Both the position numbers and the translations under genes were made by a program. A DNA stretch of 64,000 nt from a bacterium. GTDB taxonomy: Bacteria > Patescibacteriota > Patescibacteriia > S139-126. The notes beneath the pieces are model-generated. The model saw nothing but the letters and a program-made list of their open reading frames with translations, searched no databases and was not told the origin of the DNA. Positions 19,708 through 30,005 of the stretch are shown here, one piece after another; position 1 is the stretch's first letter; the number at the start of each line of letters is the position of its first letter. The stretch is taken from NCBI GenBank assembly GCA_030666865.1, contig DAOUWZ010000002.1:24691-88690 (forward strand). Reading direction: 5' to 3'.

Positions 19708-20766
19708 TTAAAGATATTTTTCCAATCCCATTTTCTTCAATTTTTCTACAATTTGCTTTACCTCTTGCACCCGATCTTTCTTGGCTACCAACAGGGCATC
19801 ATCTGTATTTATTATTATACTATTATCAATTCCAATTGTACTAATTAGTTTATCTGTTGTTGAATATATCAAATTACCTCTGGAATCTATATTAATATGA
19901 TTACCAGGCGCTACATTGGCCTCTCCTTTGTCTAAAATATCATAAATCGCCCGCCAACTACCAATATCACTCCACCCAAATGAAGCTGGTATAACTAACA
20001 ATTTTGTATCCTTTTCCAAAATGCCATAATCAAAAGAAATAGCTTCAAATTTTGAAAATAATTTTGCGACTTTTTTTTCATCTGATATCACCTCTTTAAT
20101 TTGCATCAAAATATCATAATGCTTAGGTAAATATTTCAAAAATAAACTAATCAAATAAGATGCCTTAAAAATAAATATTCCGGGATTCCAATAATAATCC
20201 AAATCTTTATGATACCGCTTAGCTGTTTTTAAATCCGGCTTCTCTTTAAAACTCTCCACTGCCAGCACTTTATCTTCTCCAATTATTTCTTTCTCGTGAG
20301 TAGCGTTTATATAGCCATACCCTGTTTCTGGATATTCTGTCTTCATTCCTAGTAATAAAATTTTATCAGGATTATCTTTTATTACTCTGTCAGCTAAATT
20401 CAAAATTCGCAAATATTCTTTGGCATCTTTGATATAGTGATCAGAATTTACAGTAACAATAACGCTATCCTGATCTGTATTTAAAATACGAAGAGTAGCT
20501 AAGCCAATTGCTGGAGCAGTATTTTTCATAACTGGCTCAAAAGAATAATTTTTTATACTTGGTAAATGCTCTCTAACTGTTTCCTCTTGATTGCTTGCCG
20601 TAGCTACCCAGATATCGTCATCTTTAAAATGATTACTGATGCGTTTATAAGTAGTCTGTAATAATGACAAATCATCATCCAACGTCATTATTTGCTTTGG
20701 TTTATTTTTTCTTGATACTGGCCACAATCTAGTCCCTCCTCCGCCAGCTAATATTAAAGCTTTCAT
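19708..20766 (-). CDS. manC: mannose-1-phosphate guanylyltransferase
   Basis: ILAGGGGTRLWPVSR...PKQ, NTAPAI, ETGYGYI, FKEKP, GWSDIGSW. Confidence 0.93.
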   Translation of the reverse strand: MKALILAGGGGTRLWPVSRKNKPKQIMTLDDDLSLLQTTYKRISNHFKDDDIWVATASNQEETVREHLPSIKNYSFEPVMKNTAPAIGLATLRILNTDQDSVIVTVNSDHYIKDAKEYLRILNLADRVIKDNPDKILLLGMKTEYPETGYGYINATHEKEIIGEDKVLAVESFKEKPDLKTAKRYHKDLDYYWNPGIFIFKASYLISLFLKYLPKHYDILMQIKEVISDEKKVAKLFSKFEAISFDYGILEKDTKLLVIPASFGWSDIGSWRAIYDILDKGEANVAPGNHINIDSRGNLIYSTTDKLISTIGIDNSIIINTDDALLVAKKDRVQEVKQIVEKLKKMGLEKYL

Positions 20767-20994
20767 TTTTTTACCCCGTAGAAGAATTTTGAACATAAAC
20801 CTATAACTCTCATATATTCAAAATTATTAATTAATAATTAAACTACTATGGAAGGCTAAAGCCTTCCGCCTGCCTGCCGGCAGGCAGACAGGCGGAAACC
20901 TTTAGGTTTCCATTTCTTATTGGAATATGTTTTAACTTTTAAATAATTTTATTATTATTCTTTTCAAAATTTCTCTACGGGGTTATTTTTCATA

Positions 20995-21624
20995 TTAATC
21001 ATTTATCAAAGAAACAAATCTAAATCCAGGAAATTCCTGATATGAAAAATCTTTTTCACTTTTCCTTATTACCAAAATTATAGATTGAGCTTCTCTACCC
21101 ACTGGTATTACCAATCGTCCGCCAACTTTCAATTGATAAAGTATATTTTCAGGAATATCCTCAGCGGCAGCGCTAACAATTATTTTATCATAAGGTTCGT
21201 ACGTAGTTAATCCTTTTGACCCATCGCCTGAAACAAATTCAACATTATCAAAATTATACTTGGACACATTTTTTTTAGTAAAATCCAACAATTCAGGAAT
21301 ACGCTCAACCGCAATCACCTGCCCTCTTAAACCAACAACTTTGGCAAGCAGAGCAGTTACCCAACCAGAACCACTGCCGATATCTAAAACCTTATCTCCA
21401 AGCCTAGGTTTTAATAATTCAAGCATAAAAGCGACAGTAGCAGGCTGCGATATTGTCTGTCCATAACCAATTAATAATGGTGCATTATAATGAGCTTCCT
21501 GCTCCATGCCAGCCATGACAAAATCACGTCTTTTGATAAATTTAAAGGCTCCAATCAATTCTGGGGACTGCAAATAATCATTAGAAACTAAATCTTCTAC
21601 TAAATTTTGATATTTTGGGGACAT
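20995..21624 (-). CDS. pcm: protein-L-isoaspartate O-methyltransferase
   Basis: GQTISQP, VLDIGSGSGW, PYDKIIVSAA, QLKVGGRLVIPVG. Confidence 0.95.
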   Translation of the reverse strand: MSPKYQNLVEDLVSNDYLQSPELIGAFKFIKRRDFVMAGMEQEAHYNAPLLIGYGQTISQPATVAFMLELLKPRLGDKVLDIGSGSGWVTALLAKVVGLRGQVIAVERIPELLDFTKKNVSKYNFDNVEFVSGDGSKGLTTYEPYDKIIVSAAAEDIPENILYQLKVGGRLVIPVGREAQSIILVIRKSEKDFSYQEFPGFRFVSLIND

Positions 21625-21726
21625 AATTATTTTTTTAAATAATATTATATTTGATTACTTGATTTTTCACTTAAAACATGCTATACTTATATTATAAAAT
21701 AAAAACAAAAATAAAACAAAAATAAA

Positions 21727-22338
21727 ATGTATAAAAAAATAATTTCAGTGTTAACTGAAATTAAAATTAATTCACTTGCAATTTCTAAATATCTAAATAA
21801 ATACCTATTTATTAACATCGCATTAGTGATAGCGCTAGAAGCATGTCTATTGGGAATGCTTTTTTTTGTTACCCCAAGCAACTTTTTACAAGCAATTGAC
21901 CAAAAAAGGGATAATTCAATAGTTAATACCTATTCCCTGCTTAATTTAGTAAATCAGGAAAGACAATCAGTCGATATAAATAATTTGGAAATTAACCCCA
22001 AGTTGCAAGCTGCTGCCGAGCAAAAAGCCATGGATATTATTACCAATCAATATTTCTCCCACACTTCTAAAACCGGAAAAATTTTCTCTGCTTGGATCAA
22101 GGAGTCTGATTATGAATACCTAAGAGTTGGTGAGAACCTAGCCATCTTTTTTAATGATAATAAAAATATAGTTGATGCTTGGATGGAATCAGAAAAGCAT
22201 AGACAAAATATCCTCAACCCTTATTATAAAGAAACGGGCATCGCAGTTATATATGATAATTTCGAAAATAAAAATACCCACATTATAGTACAAATTTTTG
22301 GGGAACCAACTGGTGAATTCATCACCGATATAAGATAA
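21727..22338 (+). CDS. CAP (SCP) domain protein
   Basis: NQER, YFSH, GENLA, AWMESEKHRQNIL. Confidence 0.9.
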   Translation: MYKKIISVLTEIKINSLAISKYLNKYLFINIALVIALEACLLGMLFFVTPSNFLQAIDQKRDNSIVNTYSLLNLVNQERQSVDINNLEINPKLQAAAEQKAMDIITNQYFSHTSKTGKIFSAWIKESDYEYLRVGENLAIFFNDNKNIVDAWMESEKHRQNILNPYYKETGIAVIYDNFENKNTHIIVQIFGEPTGEFITDIR

Positions 22339-22350
22339 TTAATAAATATT

Positions 22351-22785
22351 ATGATTTTAGAATATAAGCTAATGCTAATTCCCTTAATAGTCTTGGCAGT
22401 TGTCCAAATAATCAAAATAATAATTGATCTGAGTAAAAGAGAATTTTCTTGGGATGTACTTCTTAACTACGGGGGCATGCCATCTGGACATACAGCTCTG
22501 GTAATCTCTGCTACTACAATTATTGGCATCTATACAAATTGGAATTCACCTATATTTTTATTATCAGGCATTCTAGCCTTACTTGTCGTTAGGGACGCTA
22601 TAGGATTTCGTATGCAATTATCTGAACATGCAAAAATTCTAAATAAGCTAATAAAAGAATTGCCAGATGAGAAAGAATATAAATACCCATATTCTCCAGA
22701 AAGAATAGGCCATACTTTTTCTCAAGTTATAACTGGCGGTCTACTAGGACTTGTCTTAACTTTTATTTTAAACTGGTGGATGTAG
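22351..22785 (+). CDS. divergent PAP2 family (DUF212) protein
   Basis: YGGMPSGHTA, RDAIGFR, IGHT..QV..G. Confidence 0.9.
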   Translation: MILEYKLMLIPLIVLAVVQIIKIIIDLSKREFSWDVLLNYGGMPSGHTALVISATTIIGIYTNWNSPIFLLSGILALLVVRDAIGFRMQLSEHAKILNKLIKELPDEKEYKYPYSPERIGHTFSQVITGGLLGLVLTFILNWWM

Positions 22786-22808
22786 CTAGGTTTTAAGTGA
22801 TAGTTTGT

Positions 22809-22860
22809 AATAAATTTTAAAATCAATCCCGCGGATGCGGGATTGATTTTAAAATTTATT
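22809..22860. terminator. perfect 24-bp-stem hairpin between convergent genes
   Basis: aataaattttaaaatcaatcccgc-ggat-gcgggattgattttaaaatttatt. Confidence 0.75.
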
Positions 22861-22906
22861 AAACCTATTACCTATATGCTATATACTAATCACTACAACC
22901 CAACAC

Positions 22907-24505
22907 CTATACTAACGATTTGCCAGTAATTTCATCAGGCGGATTGATTCCTAATAATTTTAATACTGTCGGCGCTATATCGGCTAAAACACCAACTGGA
23001 GTTATTGTGCTTAAATCAAAATCCTCTCCAGCCCGACCTTGTCCAAGCCATTGCTGACCAATCATAACAAATGGTACTGGTGAAGTTGAATGTTCTTTAT
23101 CCACTTCACCACTTTTTAATTTAATAATCTCTTCTGCATTACCATGGTCGGCTGTTACCAGCATAACGCCATTCTTAGCTAATACGCTTTCCGATATTCT
23201 CCCCAAGCACTCATCCACTGCTTCAATACCCTTAATAGTGGCTTGCAAATCCCCAGTATGAGCAATCATGTCAGGTGTGGCATAATTAACTAAAATAAAT
23301 TCATATTTTCCGCTCTCTACAGATTCAGTAACTTTTTTAGTAATTTCATATGAAGACATCTCAGGTTTGGTAACATAATTCGCTATTTTTGGTGATGGCA
23401 CCATAATATGTTCTTCACCCGGAAATGGTTTTTCAATACCTCCATTAAAGAAAAAAGTGACATGTGCATATTTTTCAGTTTCAGCAATATGAACCTGCTT
23501 CATTCCATTGTCAGACAAAACTTTAGCCAATGGCATTGAAACAGTTTCTGGAGGAAAGGCAATATTGTCAGTCAGATTTTTTTCATATTCTGTCATAGTA
23601 ACAAAAAAAATATTTTTACATACTTTTTTTCTATCAAAACCTGAAAAATCATCAAATAAAAATGCCTTTGACATTTCTCTAGCTCGATCTGATCTGAAAT
23701 TAAAATAGATGATAGCATCATTATCATCTACAGTTGTTATTGGCTTTTCATTTCTAGTAACAACTGTGGGAATAAATTCTTCATCAAAAACCCCTTGATC
23801 ATAAGATTCTTGAATAATTTCTAAAGGATTATCTCCTGACTTTTCTGATTGACCTTGAATTATCGCACTATATACTAATTCAATCCGATCCCACCTGTTA
23901 TCCCTGTCCATTGCATAATATCTTCCTGAAATCGTAGCTAATTCCCCCAACCCGATAATTTTCAAAACTTTCAACAAACTAGTAATAAATGACAAACCGC
24001 TATTTTTGGATGTATCTCTGCCATCCAAAAAAGCGTGTATATACAATTTTTTTACTTTGTGCATTTTAGCCGTTTCAATCAAGGCAAATAAATGCTCAAT
24101 GTAGCTATGAACCCCGCCATCAGATACCAAACCCATAATATGCAAACTTGAATCATTCTTCTTTACATGTTCAAATGCATCTATAAAAGCCTTATTCTTA
24201 ACAAATGTTCCATCAGAAATAGCTCGAGTTATTCTTGGTAAATTATGATATAATATTTTTCCTGATCCAATAGAAAGATGCCCAACTTCACTATTACCCA
24301 TTTCACCCCATGGTAATCCTACTGATTCACCAGAGGCTTGCAGAGTAAAAGCCGGATAATTTGCAATAAAATTATCATAGTTTGGAGTTTTAGCCAGGAT
24401 TATAGCATTACCAATTGACGGCGGTGCTATTCCCCATCCATCTAAAATTACTAATACTACCGGTTTTGTTATATTTGCTACCATTTTATTATATTTACTG
24501 CACAA
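22907..24505 (-). CDS. gpmI: 2,3-BPG-independent phosphoglycerate mutase, copy 1
   Basis: ILDGWG, GNSEVGH, DGRDT, GRYYAMDRD, NFRSDR, DMIAHTG, TADHGN. Confidence 0.95.
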   Translation of the reverse strand: MCSKYNKMVANITKPVVLVILDGWGIAPPSIGNAIILAKTPNYDNFIANYPAFTLQASGESVGLPWGEMGNSEVGHLSIGSGKILYHNLPRITRAISDGTFVKNKAFIDAFEHVKKNDSSLHIMGLVSDGGVHSYIEHLFALIETAKMHKVKKLYIHAFLDGRDTSKNSGLSFITSLLKVLKIIGLGELATISGRYYAMDRDNRWDRIELVYSAIIQGQSEKSGDNPLEIIQESYDQGVFDEEFIPTVVTRNEKPITTVDDNDAIIYFNFRSDRAREMSKAFLFDDFSGFDRKKVCKNIFFVTMTEYEKNLTDNIAFPPETVSMPLAKVLSDNGMKQVHIAETEKYAHVTFFFNGGIEKPFPGEEHIMVPSPKIANYVTKPEMSSYEITKKVTESVESGKYEFILVNYATPDMIAHTGDLQATIKGIEAVDECLGRISESVLAKNGVMLVTADHGNAEEIIKLKSGEVDKEHSTSPVPFVMIGQQWLGQGRAGEDFDLSTITPVGVLADIAPTVLKLLGINPPDEITGKSLV

Positions 24506-24514
24506 TTAGTTTCG

Positions 24515-26089
24515 TTACAAATCCAATTTTAATAAATTTCTTCCTGTCATTTCCCGAGAAGGTTTTACTCCCATTACTCCTAAAATTGTCGGCGCAATAT
24601 CAGCTAGAGCGCCTTTTGGCAAAACCTGTTTATTAGACAATTTTTCATTACTCACTATAAAAAACGGAACCGGATTGGTTGAATGTTCAGTGTCTATTTC
24701 ACCAGTTTCAATATTGATAATTTCTTCAATATTTCCATGATCAGCGGTAATAAACAAAACTCCATCCCGGCTTAACACTTCATCTATTATTTCCTTCAAT
24801 ATTTTATCAATAGACTCAACTGCTTTAATAGCAGCTCCCAAATTTCCAGTATGACCCATCATGTCAGGACTAGCTAAATTTATTCCATAAAAATCATATT
24901 TCTCTAATTTAATATTATCAATCAAATATTTAGCAACCAGCTGAGTAGACATTTCCGGAGTCTGCTCATAAGAATCTACTTTTGGCGATGGTACAAAAAT
25001 TCTATCCTCTCCAGCAATTGGAATGTCATAACCGCCGTTAAAAAAATAAGTCATATGAGCATATTTTTCACTTTCAGCTATATACAATTGCTCATAATTT
25101 CGCAAAACCATGGGCAAGGTACCTTCAATATCAGCTGAAGGATAAGCCGTCAAAACATTTTCTAAATCCGGCCCAAAATCTGTCATAGCAACAAACATTA
25201 TATTCTTTAACTTTTTGGTTCTTTTGAATGAATTTTTATTTAAGTTTTCAAAATCTGCTTGAACAAAGGGTTTGGTTAATTGCCTGGCTCGATCAGAACG
25301 TAAATTAAAAAAAATTATGGAATCTTTGTCATTCATCCGAGCAAATTTTTTATTCTTATCTATAGATATTATATATGGACTAATAAACTCATCTGTCTCG
25401 CCATTGGCATAAGCTTCTTTTATAGCTTGTTCGGGTTTTAAAACTACATTACCTTTCCCCAATATCAAAGCGTCATATACTTTCTTTGTTTTTTTCCAAT
25501 CTTTCTTTCTGTCAAGATAAACCCTTCCCATAATAGTAGCGATTCTTTCATTCGGTTGCAAAAATTCTTCTAACTCCCTTAAAAATTTAATACTCGCATA
25601 TTTAGGCGTATCTCTGCCATCTGTAAATAAATGCAAAAAAATATTTTGGATCCCATAACTCCTGATCATCTTAATTAAAAATCTTAAATGATCAGGATTT
25701 GAATGAGCAGAATCTTTATCAGATAAAAGCCCCATTAGATGTAAGTCACCTCCAGTGTTTAAAACATGATCAATAGCAGCTACAAATGCTGCGTTTTTAA
25801 AAAATGTACCATTAGCAATACTTTTATTAATCACTGCTACATCTTGTTTGATTATTCTACCAGCGCCAATAGTCATATGTCCAGCTTCACTATTCCCATC
25901 TTGCCCTGGCAACAAACCAACATCAACTCCTGAAGCAGATAATGTAGTATGAATATGCTCTCTCCATAACATACTGTAAGTAGGAGTTTTAGCCATTTCA
26001 ATTGGATTGTCAGGCTGGTTTTCAGTAATCCCCCAACCGTCAATTATTACCAAAACATAAGGCTTTATTTTTTTTACTTTATTATTCAT
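24515..26089 (-). CDS. gpmI: 2,3-BPG-independent phosphoglycerate mutase, copy 2
   Basis: IIDGWG, GNSEAGH, DGRDT, NLRSDR, DMMGHTG, TADHGN. Confidence 0.93.
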   Translation of the reverse strand: MNNKVKKIKPYVLVIIDGWGITENQPDNPIEMAKTPTYSMLWREHIHTTLSASGVDVGLLPGQDGNSEAGHMTIGAGRIIKQDVAVINKSIANGTFFKNAAFVAAIDHVLNTGGDLHLMGLLSDKDSAHSNPDHLRFLIKMIRSYGIQNIFLHLFTDGRDTPKYASIKFLRELEEFLQPNERIATIMGRVYLDRKKDWKKTKKVYDALILGKGNVVLKPEQAIKEAYANGETDEFISPYIISIDKNKKFARMNDKDSIIFFNLRSDRARQLTKPFVQADFENLNKNSFKRTKKLKNIMFVAMTDFGPDLENVLTAYPSADIEGTLPMVLRNYEQLYIAESEKYAHMTYFFNGGYDIPIAGEDRIFVPSPKVDSYEQTPEMSTQLVAKYLIDNIKLEKYDFYGINLASPDMMGHTGNLGAAIKAVESIDKILKEIIDEVLSRDGVLFITADHGNIEEIINIETGEIDTEHSTNPVPFFIVSNEKLSNKQVLPKGALADIAPTILGVMGVKPSREMTGRNLLKLDL

Positions 26090-26197
26090 TATATAAAATT
26101 GTAAAAAAGAGAGGTTTTAAAAACCCTCCTTATTATATCATATCGATTATTAAAAACAAAAAAAGACTCCTTTATTCATTTTTTTCCAAATATTCAA

Positions 26198-27436
26198 CTA
26201 TATAAATTCTCTTTCCAATTTAACCAATCGATTATATTTAGCCACTCTTTCTGCCCGAGCAGGCGCTCCTGATTTGATATATTCGGCTCCAACAGCTAAC
26301 GCTAAATCAGCAATAAAATCATCTGGGGTTTCACCACTACGATGTGATATTACAACTTTATAATTATTCTTTTGAGCAAGCTTTATAGCAGATATAGTTT
26401 CTGAAACAGTTCCGATCTGATTTAATTTTATCAAAACTGAATTTGCTACCCCGAGTTCTATTCCTTTTTGCAAACGTTTATAATCTGTAACAAATAAATC
26501 ATCACCTACTTGCATAATCTTATCAGATATTTTCTTAGACTGTAATATCCAACTATCCCAATCATCTTCACCAAACCCATCTTCAATTGATATTATTGGA
26601 TATTTTTTTATCCACTTTTTATACAAAGATATCAAATCTTTAGCTGTAAATTTTTTATTTTCAAATTTATACTTTCCCCCATCATAAAATTCTGAAGCCG
26701 CCACATCCATTGCTAAAAAAACATTTTTTCCAGGTAAATATCCAGCTTGTTTAATAGCTTTAAGTAACAATTTTAGAGCATGCTCATTATTTTTCAATTT
26801 TGGTGCAAATCCACCTTCATCGCCTAATCCAGTACTTAAACCATTTTTATTTAAAATATTTTTTAGCTCATGATATATTTCTGATCCTGCCCTCAATCTC
26901 TCTGCAAATGATACCAATTTCGGAACAATCATAAATTCTTGAATAGACAAATTATTATCTGCGTGTCTACCACCATTAAGGACATTCATCATTGGATAAG
27001 GAAAACCTATTTTTTTTGGAAATGAATAAACATTTTGCAAATACTTATACAAAGACATTTTATTTTCATATGCCACTGCTCTGGCAAATGCCATAGAAAC
27101 CCCAAGAATTGCATTTGCTCCAAGATTTTTTTTATTCTTTGATCCGTCAATTGCGCACAATTCATAATCAATATCAATAATATCTTTAAAATCTTTACCT
27201 CTTAACTTCCTATTCAATACCACATTAATATTCTTAACCGCCTTGGTTACTCCCATGCCTTTATATCTCTTTCCCCCGTCTCTTAACTCTAATGTCTCAT
27301 GACGACCGGTTGATGCCCCTGACGGAACACCAGCTGTAGCTTTAATGCCAGTTGCAAGTGTTACCGTAGCAGCAATTGTCGGGTTGCCACGTGAATCCAA
27401 AATTTCCAAAGCAGTAATTTTTTTTATTTTCGGCAT
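26198..27436 (-). CDS. eno: enolase
   Basis: EILDSRGNPT, VPSGASTG, GDEGGFAP, SHRSGET. Confidence 0.98.
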   Translation of the reverse strand: MPKIKKITALEILDSRGNPTIAATVTLATGIKATAGVPSGASTGRHETLELRDGGKRYKGMGVTKAVKNINVVLNRKLRGKDFKDIIDIDYELCAIDGSKNKKNLGANAILGVSMAFARAVAYENKMSLYKYLQNVYSFPKKIGFPYPMMNVLNGGRHADNNLSIQEFMIVPKLVSFAERLRAGSEIYHELKNILNKNGLSTGLGDEGGFAPKLKNNEHALKLLLKAIKQAGYLPGKNVFLAMDVAASEFYDGGKYKFENKKFTAKDLISLYKKWIKKYPIISIEDGFGEDDWDSWILQSKKISDKIMQVGDDLFVTDYKRLQKGIELGVANSVLIKLNQIGTVSETISAIKLAQKNNYKVVISHRSGETPDDFIADLALAVGAEYIKSGAPARAERVAKYNRLVKLEREFI

Positions 27437-27452
27437 AATATTTTTATTTCAA

Positions 27453-27968
27453 TTATTTATTAACTACTTTTATAACATCATCACTATCATACTGATTTTG
27501 TCCTACTCCATTTGCGCCAAACGATCCTACTACCACAGAATCAAAACAACCACCTCCGCCATCGCAAGGTTCATTATCTAAATTGATTTCGTAATCGGTA
27601 TCAAAAAAATAATTATTTCCCCATGGATCAGAAGGAATACTAAGCATATATGCTCCAGCCCAATTTGAAAACAATCCATCAGTTTGGGTTATACCTGATG
27701 ATTGAGTAGTCAAGTCCCACACTTCATTATTAGCGCCAGTATTGACTTGATCAGGAATTTGATGCCCTGGCCATTCGCCAGTGTCTATCATTAATTGCCC
27801 AATAGCAGAATAAATAACATCTATATCTTGTTGAGCTTTAGCAATTTTCGCTTTACTTCTAGCATTATTAACTGCAATCATAGTTATACTTGACAACAAA
27901 CCTATAATCCCGATAACAACCAATATTTCTATTAAAGTAAATCCTGATTTATTAAACTTATTTTTCAT
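27453..27968 (-). CDS. type IV pilin/GspG-like prepilin
   Basis: GFTLIEILVVIGIIGLLSS cleavage motif; DPWGNNY. Confidence 0.9.
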   Translation of the reverse strand: MKNKFNKSGFTLIEILVVIGIIGLLSSITMIAVNNARSKAKIAKAQQDIDVIYSAIGQLMIDTGEWPGHQIPDQVNTGANNEVWDLTTQSSGITQTDGLFSNWAGAYMLSIPSDPWGNNYFFDTDYEINLDNEPCDGGGGCFDSVVVGSFGANGVGQNQYDSDDVIKVVNK

Positions 27969-27980
27969 AATTAAAACTGT

Positions 27981-29171
27981 TTATTTTAATAAAGGCTTTA
28001 AGCCTGGTAAATTCTTTTTTTCCAAAAAATCCAACATGGCACCGCCTCCAGTTGAAATATAATCAAAACTGGCAAACAAATTCATATCTTGAATAAGCCA
28101 AACAGTTTCTCCACCACCTAAAACTGTAAAACATTTACGTTTTGACCTAGCCGCTATTAATTCGGTCAAAGCTCTAGAAGCATGGCTAGATTTTTTATCC
28201 TCAACAATTCCCAGTGGACCATTCCAAAAAATAGTTTTAGCTTGTTTTATTACATCTGACCACTCAAGTACTGTTTTAGTACCAATATCAATAATCCTAT
28301 CATATTGCTTAATATCAATAAGATCTTTTTGACAAGCTTCCAATTTTTTTGTTTTCACATCATCAACCGTGACATCTGTAGGAATAATTATTTTTTTTGA
28401 ATATTTCTTATACAGTTGCTTTACTTCAGTCATCATATCCTTTTCTACCAATGATTTACCAACCTGATTGCCAGCAGCGGCAATAAAATTATTAGCCAGC
28501 CCCCCGCCAATCAATAAATAGTCAACTTTTTTAGCAATGCTATCGATCAACTTCACTTTTGTTTCTATTTTTGCGCCACCCAACACGACTACTAAAGGTT
28601 TTTTTGGTTTAGAAAAAAATTTAGTTAATTGTTCGACCTCTGACAAAATTAGCAAACCGGCATAACTCGGCAAATATTTTGTTATAGCGACCAAAGATGC
28701 CGCCCTTCGATGAGAAACAGCAAAAGCATCATTAATAAAAATATCACCCAAAATTGCAAGGTCTTTAGCAAATTTATCAGAATTTTTTTCTTCACCAATA
28801 TGAAATCGCAAATTTTCCAATAAAACAATATTCCCATTATGCATCTTATCAAGATGCTGCTCTACTTTTTTTCCTATACAATCATCCAACTTCACAATCT
28901 TTCTTTTAAGTAGAGTTGTCAGTCTTCTAGCAATCGGAGTAAGTCTTAAAGATTTATTTTTTTTACCATGAGGTCTGCCTAAATGAGATAATAGAATTAC
29001 TTTTGCACCTGCTTTTGTTAAATAGTCTATAGTTGGTAACACTCGTCGCAGACGAAAATCTTCACAACCATCTACTTCTAAATTATCACCTAAACTAACA
29101 TTAAAATCTACCCTGAGTAACACTCTTTGCCCTGCCAAATTTTTTATCTGTTTTATTGATTTTAATTTCAT
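27981..29171 (-). CDS. pgk: phosphoglycerate kinase
   Basis: RVDFNV, SHLGRP, LENLRF, NDAF, GGAK, WNGP, STGGGA. Confidence 0.97.
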   Translation of the reverse strand: MKLKSIKQIKNLAGQRVLLRVDFNVSLGDNLEVDGCEDFRLRRVLPTIDYLTKAGAKVILLSHLGRPHGKKNKSLRLTPIARRLTTLLKRKIVKLDDCIGKKVEQHLDKMHNGNIVLLENLRFHIGEEKNSDKFAKDLAILGDIFINDAFAVSHRRAASLVAITKYLPSYAGLLILSEVEQLTKFFSKPKKPLVVVLGGAKIETKVKLIDSIAKKVDYLLIGGGLANNFIAAAGNQVGKSLVEKDMMTEVKQLYKKYSKKIIIPTDVTVDDVKTKKLEACQKDLIDIKQYDRIIDIGTKTVLEWSDVIKQAKTIFWNGPLGIVEDKKSSHASRALTELIAARSKRKCFTVLGGGETVWLIQDMNLFASFDYISTGGGAMLDFLEKKNLPGLKPLLK

Positions 29172-29424
29172 TCTTTTTGTTTAATATCCCTTCGTCCCGC
29201 TCAGCGAGACTTCGCTTTTCTATTTCTGTCTATTAATTAGTGTATTTATCAATTAGCTATGGGGTATTACCTGCCTGCCTGCAGGCAGGCAGGTACAAAT
29301 TTATTAAGTAATTGAATTTAAAATTTTTTCTACCTGCTCTTTATCAACTTTTTTTATTATAATTATATATTACCATAACTCAATTTTTTTTAATACTCTC
29401 AATTTTATAGAAAAATACATATTT

Positions 29425-29943
29425 TTAAATTGCATACAAATTAATAGGGACTCCGTTGTTACCTGATTTTTCTTTTTTTATTAAATTCAAATCGGCAATA
29501 GAAAAGGTATAAGATATAATTTTAGTACCGCTGTCACATTCTTTTTTTATTTTTTGACTTAATCTGCTGAACGCTTTCCTAGTCAAACCATAAACAAAAA
29601 ATTTATTATAGTCACTAAAGTCGCATTTAAAAAAATCTCTATTTTTTAATTCTATATTCTGACAGCCAAAAAAAATTTTTTTACTATAAGTTATCAAAAA
29701 CAACGGCCAAGCAATTTCAATACCAACAAAATTTGTTTGCGGATATTTTTTCGCCAAATAAACAAGTAAACTGCCTGTACCACAACCAACATCAACAAAA
29801 TTATCGCCTTCTTTCAATTTTGCTAATTTATCAATTCTGCTAAAATCTTTTCTTCTAGTAGGCACCCATGGAGCCATAGATATTGCCCCTCTAGACATCC
29901 CAAATAAAACTAAGATTATAATAATCAAAACTATCCAAGTCAT
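29425..29943 (-). CDS. membrane-anchored class I SAM methyltransferase
   Basis: N-terminal TM, APWVPT, DVGCGTG, GIEI. Confidence 0.85.
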   Translation of the reverse strand: MTWIVLIIIILVLFGMSRGAISMAPWVPTRRKDFSRIDKLAKLKEGDNFVDVGCGTGSLLVYLAKKYPQTNFVGIEIAWPLFLITYSKKIFFGCQNIELKNRDFFKCDFSDYNKFFVYGLTRKAFSRLSQKIKKECDSGTKIISYTFSIADLNLIKKEKSGNNGVPINLYAI

Positions 29944-30005
29944 GCGTTAAAAATTTTTTTATTATCAACTACCATTAACTAATTTTTTCAATTTATTAAT
30001 AAAAT

